A stretch of DNA of 64,000 bases from IMG/VR virus record IMGVR_UViG_3300028558_000791, positions 186,001-250,000 of that record. One strand, given 5' to 3'. Position 1 is the stretch's first letter. The number at the start of each line of letters is the position of its first letter. Under the pieces are notes generated by a model. That model saw nothing but the letters and a program-made list of their open reading frames with translations, was not told where the DNA came from and searched no databases. The position numbers were made by a program, and so were the translations under genes. Below, one piece after another: positions 36,757-46,836 of this stretch.

Positions 36757-37218
36757 ATGCCAAAATTTTCGATAGATTACTCAGGCTTGACCAAACTAAC
36801 AAAGAAAGCATATCGTCTTGCTGATGTAAAAGATCAGTTGGAAACTGTGGCTTTTGATGTGGTTAGGTTCAAGGATAGCGACAAGGGTGCAGACCTTTGG
36901 CAGATCCAAAGCGCAGATGATGGTGATTACATCGTTGCTCTATATGATAACGAGGAAGTCGAAAAGACCGCTTCTTCCAACCCTTGGGGTGTGTTCGTGA
37001 CCAAGAATGGTTGCGACTTGCAAATATCTTACAAGGGTGACCCCCTTGTAAGATTAGCCTCAGCTAAGCTTGGTATTCCAAGTTCAGAGCTGCACAAGGC
37101 TGAGCAGTACCTACCAGAAAAACTAGCCGCTAACAAAAAGCTCGTCAAGGCTTTGTTGAGCGAGCTAAGCGAAGCAGCTAGACAAGAGGTATCAAGACGA
37201 TACCCAGAACTGGTTTAA
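36757..37218 (+). CDS. Hypothetical protein, first gene of the head module
   Basis: SD GGAG before ATG 36757; EKTAS motif. Confidence 0.75.
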   Translation: MPKFSIDYSGLTKLTKKAYRLADVKDQLETVAFDVVRFKDSDKGADLWQIQSADDGDYIVALYDNEEVEKTASSNPWGVFVTKNGCDLQISYKGDPLVRLASAKLGIPSSELHKAEQYLPEKLAANKKLVKALLSELSEAARQEVSRRYPELV

Positions 37219-37233
37219 CGGAATAGGTATTCA

Positions 37234-38832
37234 ATGAGCTTTGATAAAATACATCAACTAGTCGGTTCCTTAGCAAAAGCAGTGGACGAAAATCAAAGGA
37301 TTCCAACTCCAATTTTAGCTGCTAAGCTAGCACGTTATGTTGAAGTCTATCCTCAAGATAAAACTCTTGGATCTATGTCCAGAATTATCGACAAGATGGT
37401 CGACAACAATACAAACTTCATTCGTAAAGCCGAGCTAAAGTCGCTTTACGGAAAACTGTATCAACATGGCACTAAGGTTGCTGAGTTGCTATCAGAGGAG
37501 CTTGGCGAGACTGCCGAGCCAGAAATTACTACTTATCAGCGCGATGAAGCTGTTCAAGCCAATCCATATCACGTAGGTGATCAGGTTTTAGCTAGTGCTT
37601 TAGAGAGCGTATTCGATAAGCACCTACCACTCAAGATGTACTCACAACCAGTAGCCGAAAAAGCTATGAGATCAGTGGGTACAACTTTGGATGCTTGGAA
37701 TCTCAGACCATCTCACTTGACCGTAAGTGATGGTAACGATAAGTTCATCGTAATCAAAGCTGACTACGAAACTCCAAAGGGTGTTACTAGCTTTTACGTT
37801 CCAGTAGAAGTTACTAAGAATAATGTAGTCGAACCAGACGTATTCATGGGAAATACTGGTCCAGAAGACCTCAACCACACTACTATCAAGGCATATCTAA
37901 AGCAACAGGCCGGCACCAAGACTAAGATTGGCGCTGCTGATATCCTAACTGCTTTGACTCATGCCGCTAGTGATAAGCGTGAAGTATCTGCCGCTGAACT
38001 AGCTGTTACCCGTTTGAACGCAGAACGTCAAGGTAAGTCAGAGTTTTTCCAGGGACAAGTAGTTGGACTTAAGGTAGATGCCGCTGCTAAGGCAGATGTT
38101 GCTCTTCCAAAGTCTGATGAGTTTGTTTCTTTCGAAGATAAATTCACTACTCCACAAGGCTTGGCCTCTTGGAGATTTGGTGCAGATAAAGTTGGTACTG
38201 CTAAGGCTCACATCTCTCGTGAACTACAATCCATGGGATTTGCTACCCACCAAATAGTTGTTACTGGTAATGACGAAAACACTATTTTCTGTGGAGTCTC
38301 CTTAGACACTGGAAAAGTTGCTTTCACGGTTCCAGTCAAAGTTGCCAATGATAAACTTCAGAAACCATCTATCATGTTGTGTAATGGCTCTATCTCTAGT
38401 TTTGATAGAAAAGGTATCAACGGTTTAGTTTCTGGAAATAAGACAGATGTTAAGGTTGCCGCAGTTGCTTCTAATATGTCTTCTCTCAAGCCAAGCGAGA
38501 TTGTCAGCAATCTACGTCAAGCTCTTGCTGAAGATAATTATGCCAAGGCAGAAGATGCTCTCAACGTACTAGCAAACGCTGGTGATGAAAAGGCTTATGC
38601 CCTTGCATTCCAGCTATACATGACCGGACTAGCTGGTGTCAAAACGGCTGAGACAAAGTGCTCTAAGATGATTAAGAGTGCTAACAGCGAATACCCAATC
38701 TGTTCACACACCGGATTGCCAACCAATAAGGTTTACCAAGACAAGAGTGGATATTGCCGTCCTCTATATCGTAAGGGTATGGATGAGACTTACGAAGGTG
38801 CATCCTTTATCAACGCTAAAATATTCGGGTGA
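37234..38832 (+). CDS. Hypothetical protein, 532 aa, probably structural
   Basis: Long ORF in the head module; C-terminal Cys cluster KCSK, ICSH, YCRP. Confidence 0.8.
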   Translation: MSFDKIHQLVGSLAKAVDENQRIPTPILAAKLARYVEVYPQDKTLGSMSRIIDKMVDNNTNFIRKAELKSLYGKLYQHGTKVAELLSEELGETAEPEITTYQRDEAVQANPYHVGDQVLASALESVFDKHLPLKMYSQPVAEKAMRSVGTTLDAWNLRPSHLTVSDGNDKFIVIKADYETPKGVTSFYVPVEVTKNNVVEPDVFMGNTGPEDLNHTTIKAYLKQQAGTKTKIGAADILTALTHAASDKREVSAAELAVTRLNAERQGKSEFFQGQVVGLKVDAAAKADVALPKSDEFVSFEDKFTTPQGLASWRFGADKVGTAKAHISRELQSMGFATHQIVVTGNDENTIFCGVSLDTGKVAFTVPVKVANDKLQKPSIMLCNGSISSFDRKGINGLVSGNKTDVKVAAVASNMSSLKPSEIVSNLRQALAEDNYAKAEDALNVLANAGDEKAYALAFQLYMTGLAGVKTAETKCSKMIKSANSEYPICSHTGLPTNKVYQDKSGYCRPLYRKGMDETYEGASFINAKIFG

Positions 38833-38835
38833 ACC

Positions 38836-39663
38836 ATGAGAATAGCTAGGTTGGCAGACCTCTTAGCACACAAGTACGAGATGGTGTCTGAGGCCGCCCC
38901 CTCTGCTCAAGTGGTTAACGAAGTCAAAAGAGAACTCATCAATGCTTATAAGCTGTATGTCAATGGACAATCAGCTAAAGAGCCTATTCTACAAATGCTA
39001 GCTGATGCTGGCGAAACGTTCTCTAAAACATTAGTATCTATGTTCGAGGGCTTAATCGCTAGTATCGATAGTCATAGTAATTCCCAATTGTTCTTTAAGT
39101 TGAACAATATGTTGGGAATGATTAATGATATGAAGAATGACAAAGACTTCCCCGTTAGGTCATTCATTCATGATTCCGTCAGAGTCACCAAAGATTCTGA
39201 GAGAAATTATCGCGAACGTCTCAAGTCTAAGTTTGAGATGATCGTCTCTAGACTCTCCTCAATTTTAGAGAGAGAGGCTAAAAAATTACAAACCACATTG
39301 CCTCTAGGAACCCCTACTGGACTAGAAGGCGGCCGAGTTGAGCCACAAAGAAAAGAACTAAGCAAGGAAAAATTGCTTATGTTCATGAGGACTCCTGCGG
39401 CCCAATATTATGGGCTAGACAATATTGATATAATGACTAAAGCCCTTTCCTATAATGATGTGAAAGAAAAGATTACTACTCTTGTCAATGCTATTGATAG
39501 GGGTCATTTGCCGGCTGATGGGCCTGAAGTTATGGCTGAAACCCGTATGATTAAGAGCCGGTTGGATAGTAAACAGACTAATCTTCCGGCATTAGAGCAA
39601 ACACCTGAGAAACCGGCTCCTCCTGTTTCTCTCTTCGAGCAAGAGGAAGAAGATCCCAAATAA
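38836..39663 (+). CDS. Hypothetical helical protein
   Basis: 275 aa; starts MRIARLADLL. Confidence 0.75.
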   Translation: MRIARLADLLAHKYEMVSEAAPSAQVVNEVKRELINAYKLYVNGQSAKEPILQMLADAGETFSKTLVSMFEGLIASIDSHSNSQLFFKLNNMLGMINDMKNDKDFPVRSFIHDSVRVTKDSERNYRERLKSKFEMIVSRLSSILEREAKKLQTTLPLGTPTGLEGGRVEPQRKELSKEKLLMFMRTPAAQYYGLDNIDIMTKALSYNDVKEKITTLVNAIDRGHLPADGPEVMAETRMIKSRLDSKQTNLPALEQTPEKPAPPVSLFEQEEEDPK

Positions 39664-39674
39664 GAGGCTAAACT

Positions 39675-40388
39675 ATGAGAATCGCTGAACTATTAAATGC
39701 TATGGCTTCTTGGCTATCAAGCCCTAACAATGAAGCTATGTTGCTTGCTGAGTCCGATGAGAAGTGCATGCAAGTAGTGGCAGAGTCTTGTGTTCTAGCC
39801 GCTGAGCTACTCAAGAAAGCCGCTGTTGAAGTGGATACCCTTGAAGCTCCAACTGAGTCTGTTATCACTTCAGACTCCATCGAAGAGACTGCTGCTTTGG
39901 CAAACGCTTTCGATCAGTCTGGTGATCCTCAACTTAAGAGAATCGCATCCGTTCTAGACGAACTTCTTCTAACTATTGCTGCTCCACCAAACGCATACGC
40001 TGAGCGTAAGGATTTGGTTGATGCACGAGCTGATGCTCTGAAGAAGAAGTATGAGCAACCACGTGAAGACCTACACAAGTATAACCAAATTGGAAAGTCT
40101 GAGAAGGCTATTGAACAGAGTGGTTTTACTAAAGAATACAAGATTCTAGAGGCCCCACTAAGCTCACGTTACTGTCCAGATCATCCCGGCGCACAAATTG
40201 CCCGTGTTGGTGAACACATGTGGCAGTGCGATTTAGATAAGAAGACTTACAATTTTGAAACTGGATTTGAACTTGCTAATGGTTCAAAGGTGCCAGGTGG
40301 AGATGTCTCACAACAGACCAATGGTTTGGATACACCATTCCACGCCATCTTTGATACTCGTGAGGGCAGGCTCGGCTACAACAAGTGA
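39675..40388 (+). CDS. Hypothetical protein with CPDH...C motif
   Basis: 237 aa; starts MRIAELL; LANAFDQSG helical motif; RYCPDHPG...WQC. Confidence 0.75.
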   Translation: MRIAELLNAMASWLSSPNNEAMLLAESDEKCMQVVAESCVLAAELLKKAAVEVDTLEAPTESVITSDSIEETAALANAFDQSGDPQLKRIASVLDELLLTIAAPPNAYAERKDLVDARADALKKKYEQPREDLHKYNQIGKSEKAIEQSGFTKEYKILEAPLSSRYCPDHPGAQIARVGEHMWQCDLDKKTYNFETGFELANGSKVPGGDVSQQTNGLDTPFHAIFDTREGRLGYNK

Positions 40389-40402
40389 TTGATTGGTATA
40401 CA

Positions 40403-40552
40403 ATGGATCGGCATTTAGAAGAGTTTCAAGAGGCTATAGTAGAGGTTTTGTCACAGTTAGACTCGGGAATGGCTGAGCTTTTCTTAGACCGTTTCACGGA
40501 GATAATGAATGAACAAAAATGCACTCAAGAAAATTCTGGAACACCCAGATAA
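40403..40552 (+). CDS. Unlisted 49-aa ORF duplicating a C-terminal helix of the next protein
   Basis: HLEEFQEAIVEVLSQLDSGMAELFLDRFTEIM vs HISVFHDVIRDVLSQLDLESSMLFMELFQEKM (14/32 identical); no clear SD. Confidence 0.5.
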   Translation: MDRHLEEFQEAIVEVLSQLDSGMAELFLDRFTEIMNEQKCTQENSGTPR

Positions 40553-41267
40553 AGATGAAATCATTGCTAAGTTAGTATTAGACTATCCTGCCAAAGATAT
40601 TCATGATTGGCTTGCTGGCAAATATACCAATGTCAGCGAAGCTAAATTCGTAGTGGCTGAAAAGTCAATTAAAGTATTCAAAGAGAACTATCTTGATGTC
40701 TATAGCATGATCCGTGAGGACATGATTAAAACCAAGCAGGCCGTAGCTACCAGTACGGAAGATCAGCTAGAGTTAGCTGTCAAGAGTAATCCAACTTACA
40801 AGAGTAAAATGTTGGAATTGGCTGGTAAAGAAATAGATGTCCGTTCTATGGTGGCACAATTGTGTTTAGCTATTGAAACGCGTTTAGGTCAGGTTTTTGA
40901 TGAAATTCAAGAAGACCCGCGTAATATCAATACTAAGATAGATCGTGTTCTAATCGAATATGGTGAGCTACTAGGCGGCTTATTGGAAAAGTATTACAAA
41001 TTTACTGAGAATCCGGCCGATTTGGTTGTCCAGCATAACGTGACTTTGCAGGTCGTGGATCAGCATATTTCGGTATTTCATGATGTAATCCGAGATGTTC
41101 TGTCTCAGTTAGATTTGGAAAGCTCCATGCTATTTATGGAATTATTTCAAGAGAAGATGGCTAGACTAAAGCCACCAGCTCTAGAGCAACCACTCAACAC
41201 TGACATGAAGCTTGCTGAGGCTAAACTACTCAACGAAACCATTAACAAAAAGTTGAATAACTCATAA
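40509..41267 (+). CDS. Hypothetical helical protein; possible terminase small subunit-like
   Basis: N-terminal HPDKDEIIAKL..Y...DI..W HTH-like segment, central helices, VQHNVT strand; the TerS idea is weak. Confidence 0.55.
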   Translation: MNKNALKKILEHPDKDEIIAKLVLDYPAKDIHDWLAGKYTNVSEAKFVVAEKSIKVFKENYLDVYSMIREDMIKTKQAVATSTEDQLELAVKSNPTYKSKMLELAGKEIDVRSMVAQLCLAIETRLGQVFDEIQEDPRNINTKIDRVLIEYGELLGGLLEKYYKFTENPADLVVQHNVTLQVVDQHISVFHDVIRDVLSQLDLESSMLFMELFQEKMARLKPPALEQPLNTDMKLAEAKLLNETINKKLNNS

Positions 41268-43189
41268 TGCCAGAGAACAAGCCTTCCAACAAACCTATTA
41301 TCGACATGCCTTCCAAGAAGCAGTTGGAGAAGGCTACTAAACCATATTCTGATGAGGAGTTAAAACTAACTCCTGAACAAGAAGAAAAGATGAAGAAGCT
41401 CATGGAGTTTTTTGATCATCATGGTGTGGATTATGGTAAGTTTATTCCTAAATTCTATTCTTACATTACTGAGAAGAAGGCTTATCCAAATTACGATCAG
41501 TATCAGCATATTGCTGGACAGCATGATATGAAGAGATGGATGCTTGCCCTAAAAGACATCCACTACAAACAGAAGGCCGGGTTCCAATATCGAGAGGCTA
41601 TCAAGACTGCGACTCAGGGTTGGGCTAAAATGGAAATCTACGATTTCTTGAACTGGGTAAAGTTTCACGAAGAAGGGGCTCACATGAAATACAAGTTTGC
41701 ACAAGTCTGGTATGAAAATGGACAGCCAGGCTATTTCTTGCACATTAAGCCAGACGCCCAGAAAGAACCTGAACCTCACTCCGATGCTAATGCTATCAAT
41801 GATGCTCGTGAAGAGTCTGAGCGTAAAGAAGAGAAAAGACAAACCATCGAGAAGCAACGTTCCAAAATTATTGGACGTTTAGATTCCGCTGAGAAGTTAC
41901 TTCGTTCCCAAGAAGGTCAAGAGTTTGCTGGTGGCGAACTAGAAAATTTGATGGAGGCTATCTATAGTCTCAAGAAGAAAGTTCAGCTTGTTAACAAGTT
42001 GAGTGTTTCTACACGCCTATACGAAGATATGATTGTTCGTGAAGGTAACGTACTAAAACGTAATGGATTCGTTAAAGCTGCCGAGGTACTATACTCGTTA
42101 GCTCAAACCCCAGGTCAAGCAGGTCAAGACGCTAAGGGTACGACTGGCCCTGGTGCAGTTCCTCCAGTCGCTCCGCCCGCCGACCCATCAGGGGCCGGCA
42201 ATCCTGGTGCTCCAGGTGGATTGCCAACACAACCACCAGGAACGCCAAGCGTTCAAACCCCAGTCGGCGGAGATCAAAATGATCCACCACAACCAAAGGG
42301 CATCAAAGATTTCATCGACAATATGAACGATGGAAATAAGACCGATGGTGATGTAACTGGTGCAGAAGATGATGAACTAGAAGTGATTGACTCAGAAGAT
42401 CAGTTGATGGTTACTGAAGCACAAATTGTACCACCACCTACTCCAGGCATTCCACCAGCAGCTTTGGAAGACGTTCCTACTACAGATGCCCCAAAGCCAG
42501 AGAGAAACCCTCCAGCATTCATTCCAGATGCAGAGGAGAAAGAACCTGGTAAACCAGGCGATCCCGGTTCTCCAGCAACCGAAGAACCACTAGAAGTTAC
42601 AGAAGATGACATTAAGCCAGGTGGTGATAAACCTGAGCCTGCTGCATCTAATTTTGACTCTAAGGTCGATGAAGTATTCAAGAGCCTCACCATCGGTGAT
42701 GTTGTAGCTAAGCTAGAAGATATCTCTAAGTCTTACAAGACTAGAGAAATGCCAAGACAATTAGGCATCGTTGATATGATGTTAGATAGCCTTGGATTGG
42801 CCTCCCTATTCCCTTCACTCTCTGAAGCTCAGAACAAAGCACTAGAGGCTAACAACTATATCTCTACTCGTGTAGACGATATTCTTGCTAAGCTACGTGG
42901 TGCAATGGCAAGTGCCGAAAAGTCTCCAGTTGCACCAGCTCCTGAGAGAGAAGATATGGCTGGCATCAGAGGCAAGCTACAAGGTGACCAAGATAAAGAG
43001 AAGCAGCGCAAGCAACAGCGTAAAGAGCAAGAAGCTGCCGAACTCGATGGTACAGGTAAAGAAGAGGGTAAGGAAACTCCAGCAGTAGAGTTGGGTGAAT
43101 TAGGTGCTCCTACCGCTCCAGCAACTCCAGGACCAGCCGCTCCTCCAACTCCACCTCCACCAGTAGTTCCAAGACCACCAGCCGTTTAA
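41267..43189 (+). CDS. Hypothetical Pro-rich protein, 640 aa, probably head-associated
   Basis: Folded blocks separated by Pro/Gly/acidic linkers; KFAQ, SLAQ, TEAQ, DDELEVID. Confidence 0.8.
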   Translation: MPENKPSNKPIIDMPSKKQLEKATKPYSDEELKLTPEQEEKMKKLMEFFDHHGVDYGKFIPKFYSYITEKKAYPNYDQYQHIAGQHDMKRWMLALKDIHYKQKAGFQYREAIKTATQGWAKMEIYDFLNWVKFHEEGAHMKYKFAQVWYENGQPGYFLHIKPDAQKEPEPHSDANAINDAREESERKEEKRQTIEKQRSKIIGRLDSAEKLLRSQEGQEFAGGELENLMEAIYSLKKKVQLVNKLSVSTRLYEDMIVREGNVLKRNGFVKAAEVLYSLAQTPGQAGQDAKGTTGPGAVPPVAPPADPSGAGNPGAPGGLPTQPPGTPSVQTPVGGDQNDPPQPKGIKDFIDNMNDGNKTDGDVTGAEDDELEVIDSEDQLMVTEAQIVPPPTPGIPPAALEDVPTTDAPKPERNPPAFIPDAEEKEPGKPGDPGSPATEEPLEVTEDDIKPGGDKPEPAASNFDSKVDEVFKSLTIGDVVAKLEDISKSYKTREMPRQLGIVDMMLDSLGLASLFPSLSEAQNKALEANNYISTRVDDILAKLRGAMASAEKSPVAPAPEREDMAGIRGKLQGDQDKEKQRKQQRKEQEAAELDGTGKEEGKETPAVELGELGAPTAPATPGPAAPPTPPPPVVPRPPAV

Positions 43190-43197
43190 GGAGATAA

Positions 43198-43971
43198 ATG
43201 AAACTCCGCGAACTGCTTCAAGAAATGAAGAGAGTACAAGAAAAGATAGGCTCATCACCAGCCTATATTTGCGGAGGTACGCCCAGAGATAAGTACATGG
43301 GACAATTACAGAACATTGCTGACATAGATGTTACAACCGGTGATAAGACGGTTGATTACCTATCTCAAGAATTTTTCATTGAGTTTCGTAAGAAATACAA
43401 CGTTACTCGTAAGACAATGGAAGATGGCCACAGCACTATCTTTATCGGCAGTCTAAAAGTAGACTTCTCATCCAACTTTATGGTTCCTAACGTGGATCAA
43501 GAGTTAGCTAAGATAGGAATTAAAAATCCTTCTAACATACAGAGAGAAATGTTTAGTCGTGACTTTACGTGTAACTCTTTATTACTGACAACGGACCTTA
43601 AGCAGATTCTCGATCCAACTAAAAGAGGATTCAAAGATATCAAGGAAAAGAAAATCAGGACTTGTTTAGCTCCAGAGATTACTCTAACTTCTAATAGGAA
43701 TAGAGTTGTAAGGGCTATTTATCTAGCTTGCAAATTAGATTTCGACATAGATGATTCAATTATTGCGTATGTAAAGAAGTATCCACAAACTGTTAAGATT
43801 TCAACTGAAAAAGCCATGAATGATAAGTTGAATGAAGCTTTCTCTAGGAATCCAGAGAAGGCGGCGGAGTTAATTTCCAAGATGAATTTGTGGACTCAGA
43901 TTCCAATTACGGAAAAAGTTTATCCGTACTACATGAAACATATCAAAGGAAAAGCTAATGTCAGTAAATAA
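43198..43971 (+). CDS. CCA-adding enzyme/poly(A) polymerase family nucleotidyltransferase (class II), short form
   Basis: AYICGGTPRD, DIDVTT, RDFTCNS, DPTKRG..DI, RVVRAI..ACKLDF. Confidence 0.88.
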   Translation: MKLRELLQEMKRVQEKIGSSPAYICGGTPRDKYMGQLQNIADIDVTTGDKTVDYLSQEFFIEFRKKYNVTRKTMEDGHSTIFIGSLKVDFSSNFMVPNVDQELAKIGIKNPSNIQREMFSRDFTCNSLLLTTDLKQILDPTKRGFKDIKEKKIRTCLAPEITLTSNRNRVVRAIYLACKLDFDIDDSIIAYVKKYPQTVKISTEKAMNDKLNEAFSRNPEKAAELISKMNLWTQIPITEKVYPYYMKHIKGKANVSK

Positions 43972-45025
43972 GAAGGGATATTTTCAAGGTGGTGGCGGAG
44001 TCAACGAACCAACGCCCGGCGAAAAGAAATACAAGTCGGATCCGGCTTTGGTTGTTCAGCCGCGCTTTGAAGAACCATTTTATCGCAACTACGATTTGTA
44101 TACAATTCCTGGTATGGAGCACATCGGCCCAGGCACCGGGTACCATGGCCTACAAAATTACGATAGCGTCCAGGAATTTCTAGAAGCAAGACGCAAGAGG
44201 ATGAAGGACCGCTACGTAGCGGATGATTCCTGGCAATTAGATTCTGGCAAACGAACTAAAGAAAATCCGGGCATCAAAGCTCGTGCCGCTATTTTTGAAA
44301 GAATTATCAAGACTGCTGGACCTAATTACGATTTAGGTAAAGGGCTCTACCAAGAGATGAGTGATGGTAAGGTTGATAGTGTAGAGGAATTTAGAGAAGA
44401 AGGCAACCATGGTCCCGGCGCTCTAATGATGGCAGATGATAATGCTGACTATATGTTACCACCTAAAGAACATGGTACCAGTATCTATAATTGGAAGAAC
44501 AGTCCTTATCAAGGAACTCCTGGTGCCAAAAACAAGAAAAAGAAGAAGGATGTCAATCATATTGATTTCCCAATTGATGATGAGATTAACCATGATGGCG
44601 AGATTTATCCAAGTGAAGAATCTTACCACAAGCCAGGATTAGTCGGACCTAGTGGTATAGATAACGTTGCCACCTTCCCAGGTGAAACGGGAGCAACTGA
44701 CTTCTCATCCTACATGAATTCAACTGATATTGCTGGTGAACACTCTTATCTACCAGAGCACGACTTAATGGATAGGGGTGACGATGCCCTCAATTTTGGT
44801 CAGGATTTGGAAGATGAACAGGGCCCAGCCAGAGGGCTTCAAGATGATGACCTTCAAAAACTTTTTAATAAGTACCTAACTCCCGATGAGACCGGTTTAT
44901 TTGGACTACCAGACGGTGTAGACCCAGAGGGCCACGATGCTGACCAGACTCAACAGGTAGAAGAGCCTTTCACCGGAACTTCCGACATAGGTACTCAAAT
45001 GTATGAGGATAAGTGGAATATCTAA
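43958..45025 (+). CDS. Acidic low-complexity hypothetical protein beginning with the scaffold-repeat motif
   Basis: N-terminal KKGYFQGGGGVNEPTPGEKKY matches the repeats in 56566..60294. Confidence 0.8.
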   Translation: MSVNKKGYFQGGGGVNEPTPGEKKYKSDPALVVQPRFEEPFYRNYDLYTIPGMEHIGPGTGYHGLQNYDSVQEFLEARRKRMKDRYVADDSWQLDSGKRTKENPGIKARAAIFERIIKTAGPNYDLGKGLYQEMSDGKVDSVEEFREEGNHGPGALMMADDNADYMLPPKEHGTSIYNWKNSPYQGTPGAKNKKKKKDVNHIDFPIDDEINHDGEIYPSEESYHKPGLVGPSGIDNVATFPGETGATDFSSYMNSTDIAGEHSYLPEHDLMDRGDDALNFGQDLEDEQGPARGLQDDDLQKLFNKYLTPDETGLFGLPDGVDPEGHDADQTQQVEEPFTGTSDIGTQMYEDKWNI

Positions 45026-45093
45026 AACCAACGATTATCATTGCATACAACCGCATATTATCATATAAAGAAAGCACTCCCAGAGGTACCTAA

Positions 45094-46176
45094 ATGACTT
45101 TACGATCAACAGCACAACAGCTATACGTCATAGACCCGTCGTCACCGGCGTCCCAGCTACCAGCACACGATGAGCACTCGGTTTCGCACATGCCTGAACA
45201 CATGCAGCATGATTTTTCCGAAGAGCTTATGGCTGGTGCCCCAATCGAAGTTTCCGAACCTGGTGAGATTGAAATCGTAGTTGAAGAACTTCCTGGCGCT
45301 CCTCCTGGCACTAAACACCCAGAACCAGAACTCGAAGTACATGATGAATCTTTGCAAGTCGAAGACGGCGAAGATAAGAAGGAAGATCCAAAAGAGACTA
45401 AGAACGCCAAATGGGATTGGTCTAAGCACGGTCCTCATGGCTTCGTAGCTTGGGTTAAGGAAAGACTTGATGGTGTTCCTAAGCACTCTGGCTATGACTC
45501 TGCCGGCCTTGAACGTGCCATGGCTTACATGGAAAAACTAGATAGCGAAATTTCTAAGGCCATGAGAATGGATCTAGATTCTGAATTGGATGCCAATCAA
45601 GTTGAAAAGATTCGCTCTCAACTAGATGATGGTTTATCTCGTTTGCGTGATCGTCTTGACAAGGTCAAAGATTCTAAGAAGTCTTCTAAGAAGCGTAAGA
45701 AGACTGCTGCTGAAATGCAACCACAAATTCAAGAAGTACTGAACAGATGGTCTGATGAAGATATCCAATCTTATGTTGTTGATGCTTCCATTCCAGGCGA
45801 AGAGTGGGATATCCAAAAGGCTATTCACCAAATTGCTAATGGTGGTGAAGAGCCAGGTTTTGAAGGCGCTTGGATTAAGACCGCACAAAAAATCTATGGT
45901 GTTGGTAATGGTGTAATGATTACTGTTCCACTTTTGATTTCTAGAATTGCAAGAGTTTGTGTTAATGGTACTGTTTCTGCAGGACATGATATCGAAGATT
46001 TGTACAATAGACAAGTTAAGAAGTGGGCTTTGAGCGAACGTGAACAAGCTGAAGTTCAACAACTATTGTTTGATATGGGATACCCACTACGTCAAGACCG
46101 CGGCTTTATGCCAGAGGATGACTTAGAAGTATTTGACACTGACAATATGGATTGGGCAGCCAACTACAGAGCATAA
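45094..46176 (+). CDS. Hypothetical protein, probably head-associated
   Basis: 360 aa; SD GAGG; STAQ, KTAA, KTAQ, DDLEVFD. Confidence 0.8.
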   Translation: MTLRSTAQQLYVIDPSSPASQLPAHDEHSVSHMPEHMQHDFSEELMAGAPIEVSEPGEIEIVVEELPGAPPGTKHPEPELEVHDESLQVEDGEDKKEDPKETKNAKWDWSKHGPHGFVAWVKERLDGVPKHSGYDSAGLERAMAYMEKLDSEISKAMRMDLDSELDANQVEKIRSQLDDGLSRLRDRLDKVKDSKKSSKKRKKTAAEMQPQIQEVLNRWSDEDIQSYVVDASIPGEEWDIQKAIHQIANGGEEPGFEGAWIKTAQKIYGVGNGVMITVPLLISRIARVCVNGTVSAGHDIEDLYNRQVKKWALSEREQAEVQQLLFDMGYPLRQDRGFMPEDDLEVFDTDNMDWAANYRA

Positions 46177-46177
46177 T

Positions 46178-46822
46178 ATGAGCAGACATCCAAGACATCA
46201 ATCTGTTGTCAGTAGACAATCTGACGCACCCGATAGTGACGACCACTGGTTAAGAGCGTTTGAGAACTCTCTTCAAAAGACCAGCGTACAGCCACGTGGT
46301 AATAGTTTATTCGAGCAGATTAACACCATCATGAATGGTAAATCAAAGTATCCATCGGTACAAGCTGCCGTTGATGATATGATGCAGCGTAGTGGTTTGA
46401 CTGACTATCTACAGACTAAAACTTCTTCTGCCGATGAAGATGAGCCTGTTAGTAAGCCAAAGAGATCAAAGAAGACTGCGCAAGCACAGGACCCTAAGAC
46501 TCCACAAGTAATTATCGAGAAGCCAAGCATTGCGCGTACTCTTGATAATATCATTGAGAACTCTAAAGGTAATTTATCCGTTCCAACTGTCATTAGTCGT
46601 TTACGCGCATTGCATGGTAGCGATGTTTCTGACAATGGTGCTTGGGAAGATGAGAGGCTCATTCGTTTAGTTAGCAATCTCAACCTAACTGCCAAGAAAA
46701 ACAACCCAGATAGCTACGATAGGTTTGATAACCTTGGCACTGGTGACCATTCTAGTAGTGAACGTGACATTGATCCATCAAATACTGATGCGTTCAACGC
46801 TTTAATGCCTGCTAAAATTTAA
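46178..46822 (+). CDS. Hypothetical protein; start refined to ATG 46178
   Basis: ATG 1 nt after the upstream stop; KTAQ. Confidence 0.75.
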   Translation: MSRHPRHQSVVSRQSDAPDSDDHWLRAFENSLQKTSVQPRGNSLFEQINTIMNGKSKYPSVQAAVDDMMQRSGLTDYLQTKTSSADEDEPVSKPKRSKKTAQAQDPKTPQVIIEKPSIARTLDNIIENSKGNLSVPTVISRLRALHGSDVSDNGAWEDERLIRLVSNLNLTAKKNNPDSYDRFDNLGTGDHSSSERDIDPSNTDAFNALMPAKI

Positions 46823-46836
46823 GTGCTTTGCACTTA
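46820..46836. terminator. Short palindrome joining two convergent stop codons; possible bidirectional terminator
   Basis: taagtgc-ttt-gcactta: 7-bp stem whose arms contain both stop codons. Confidence 0.35.
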
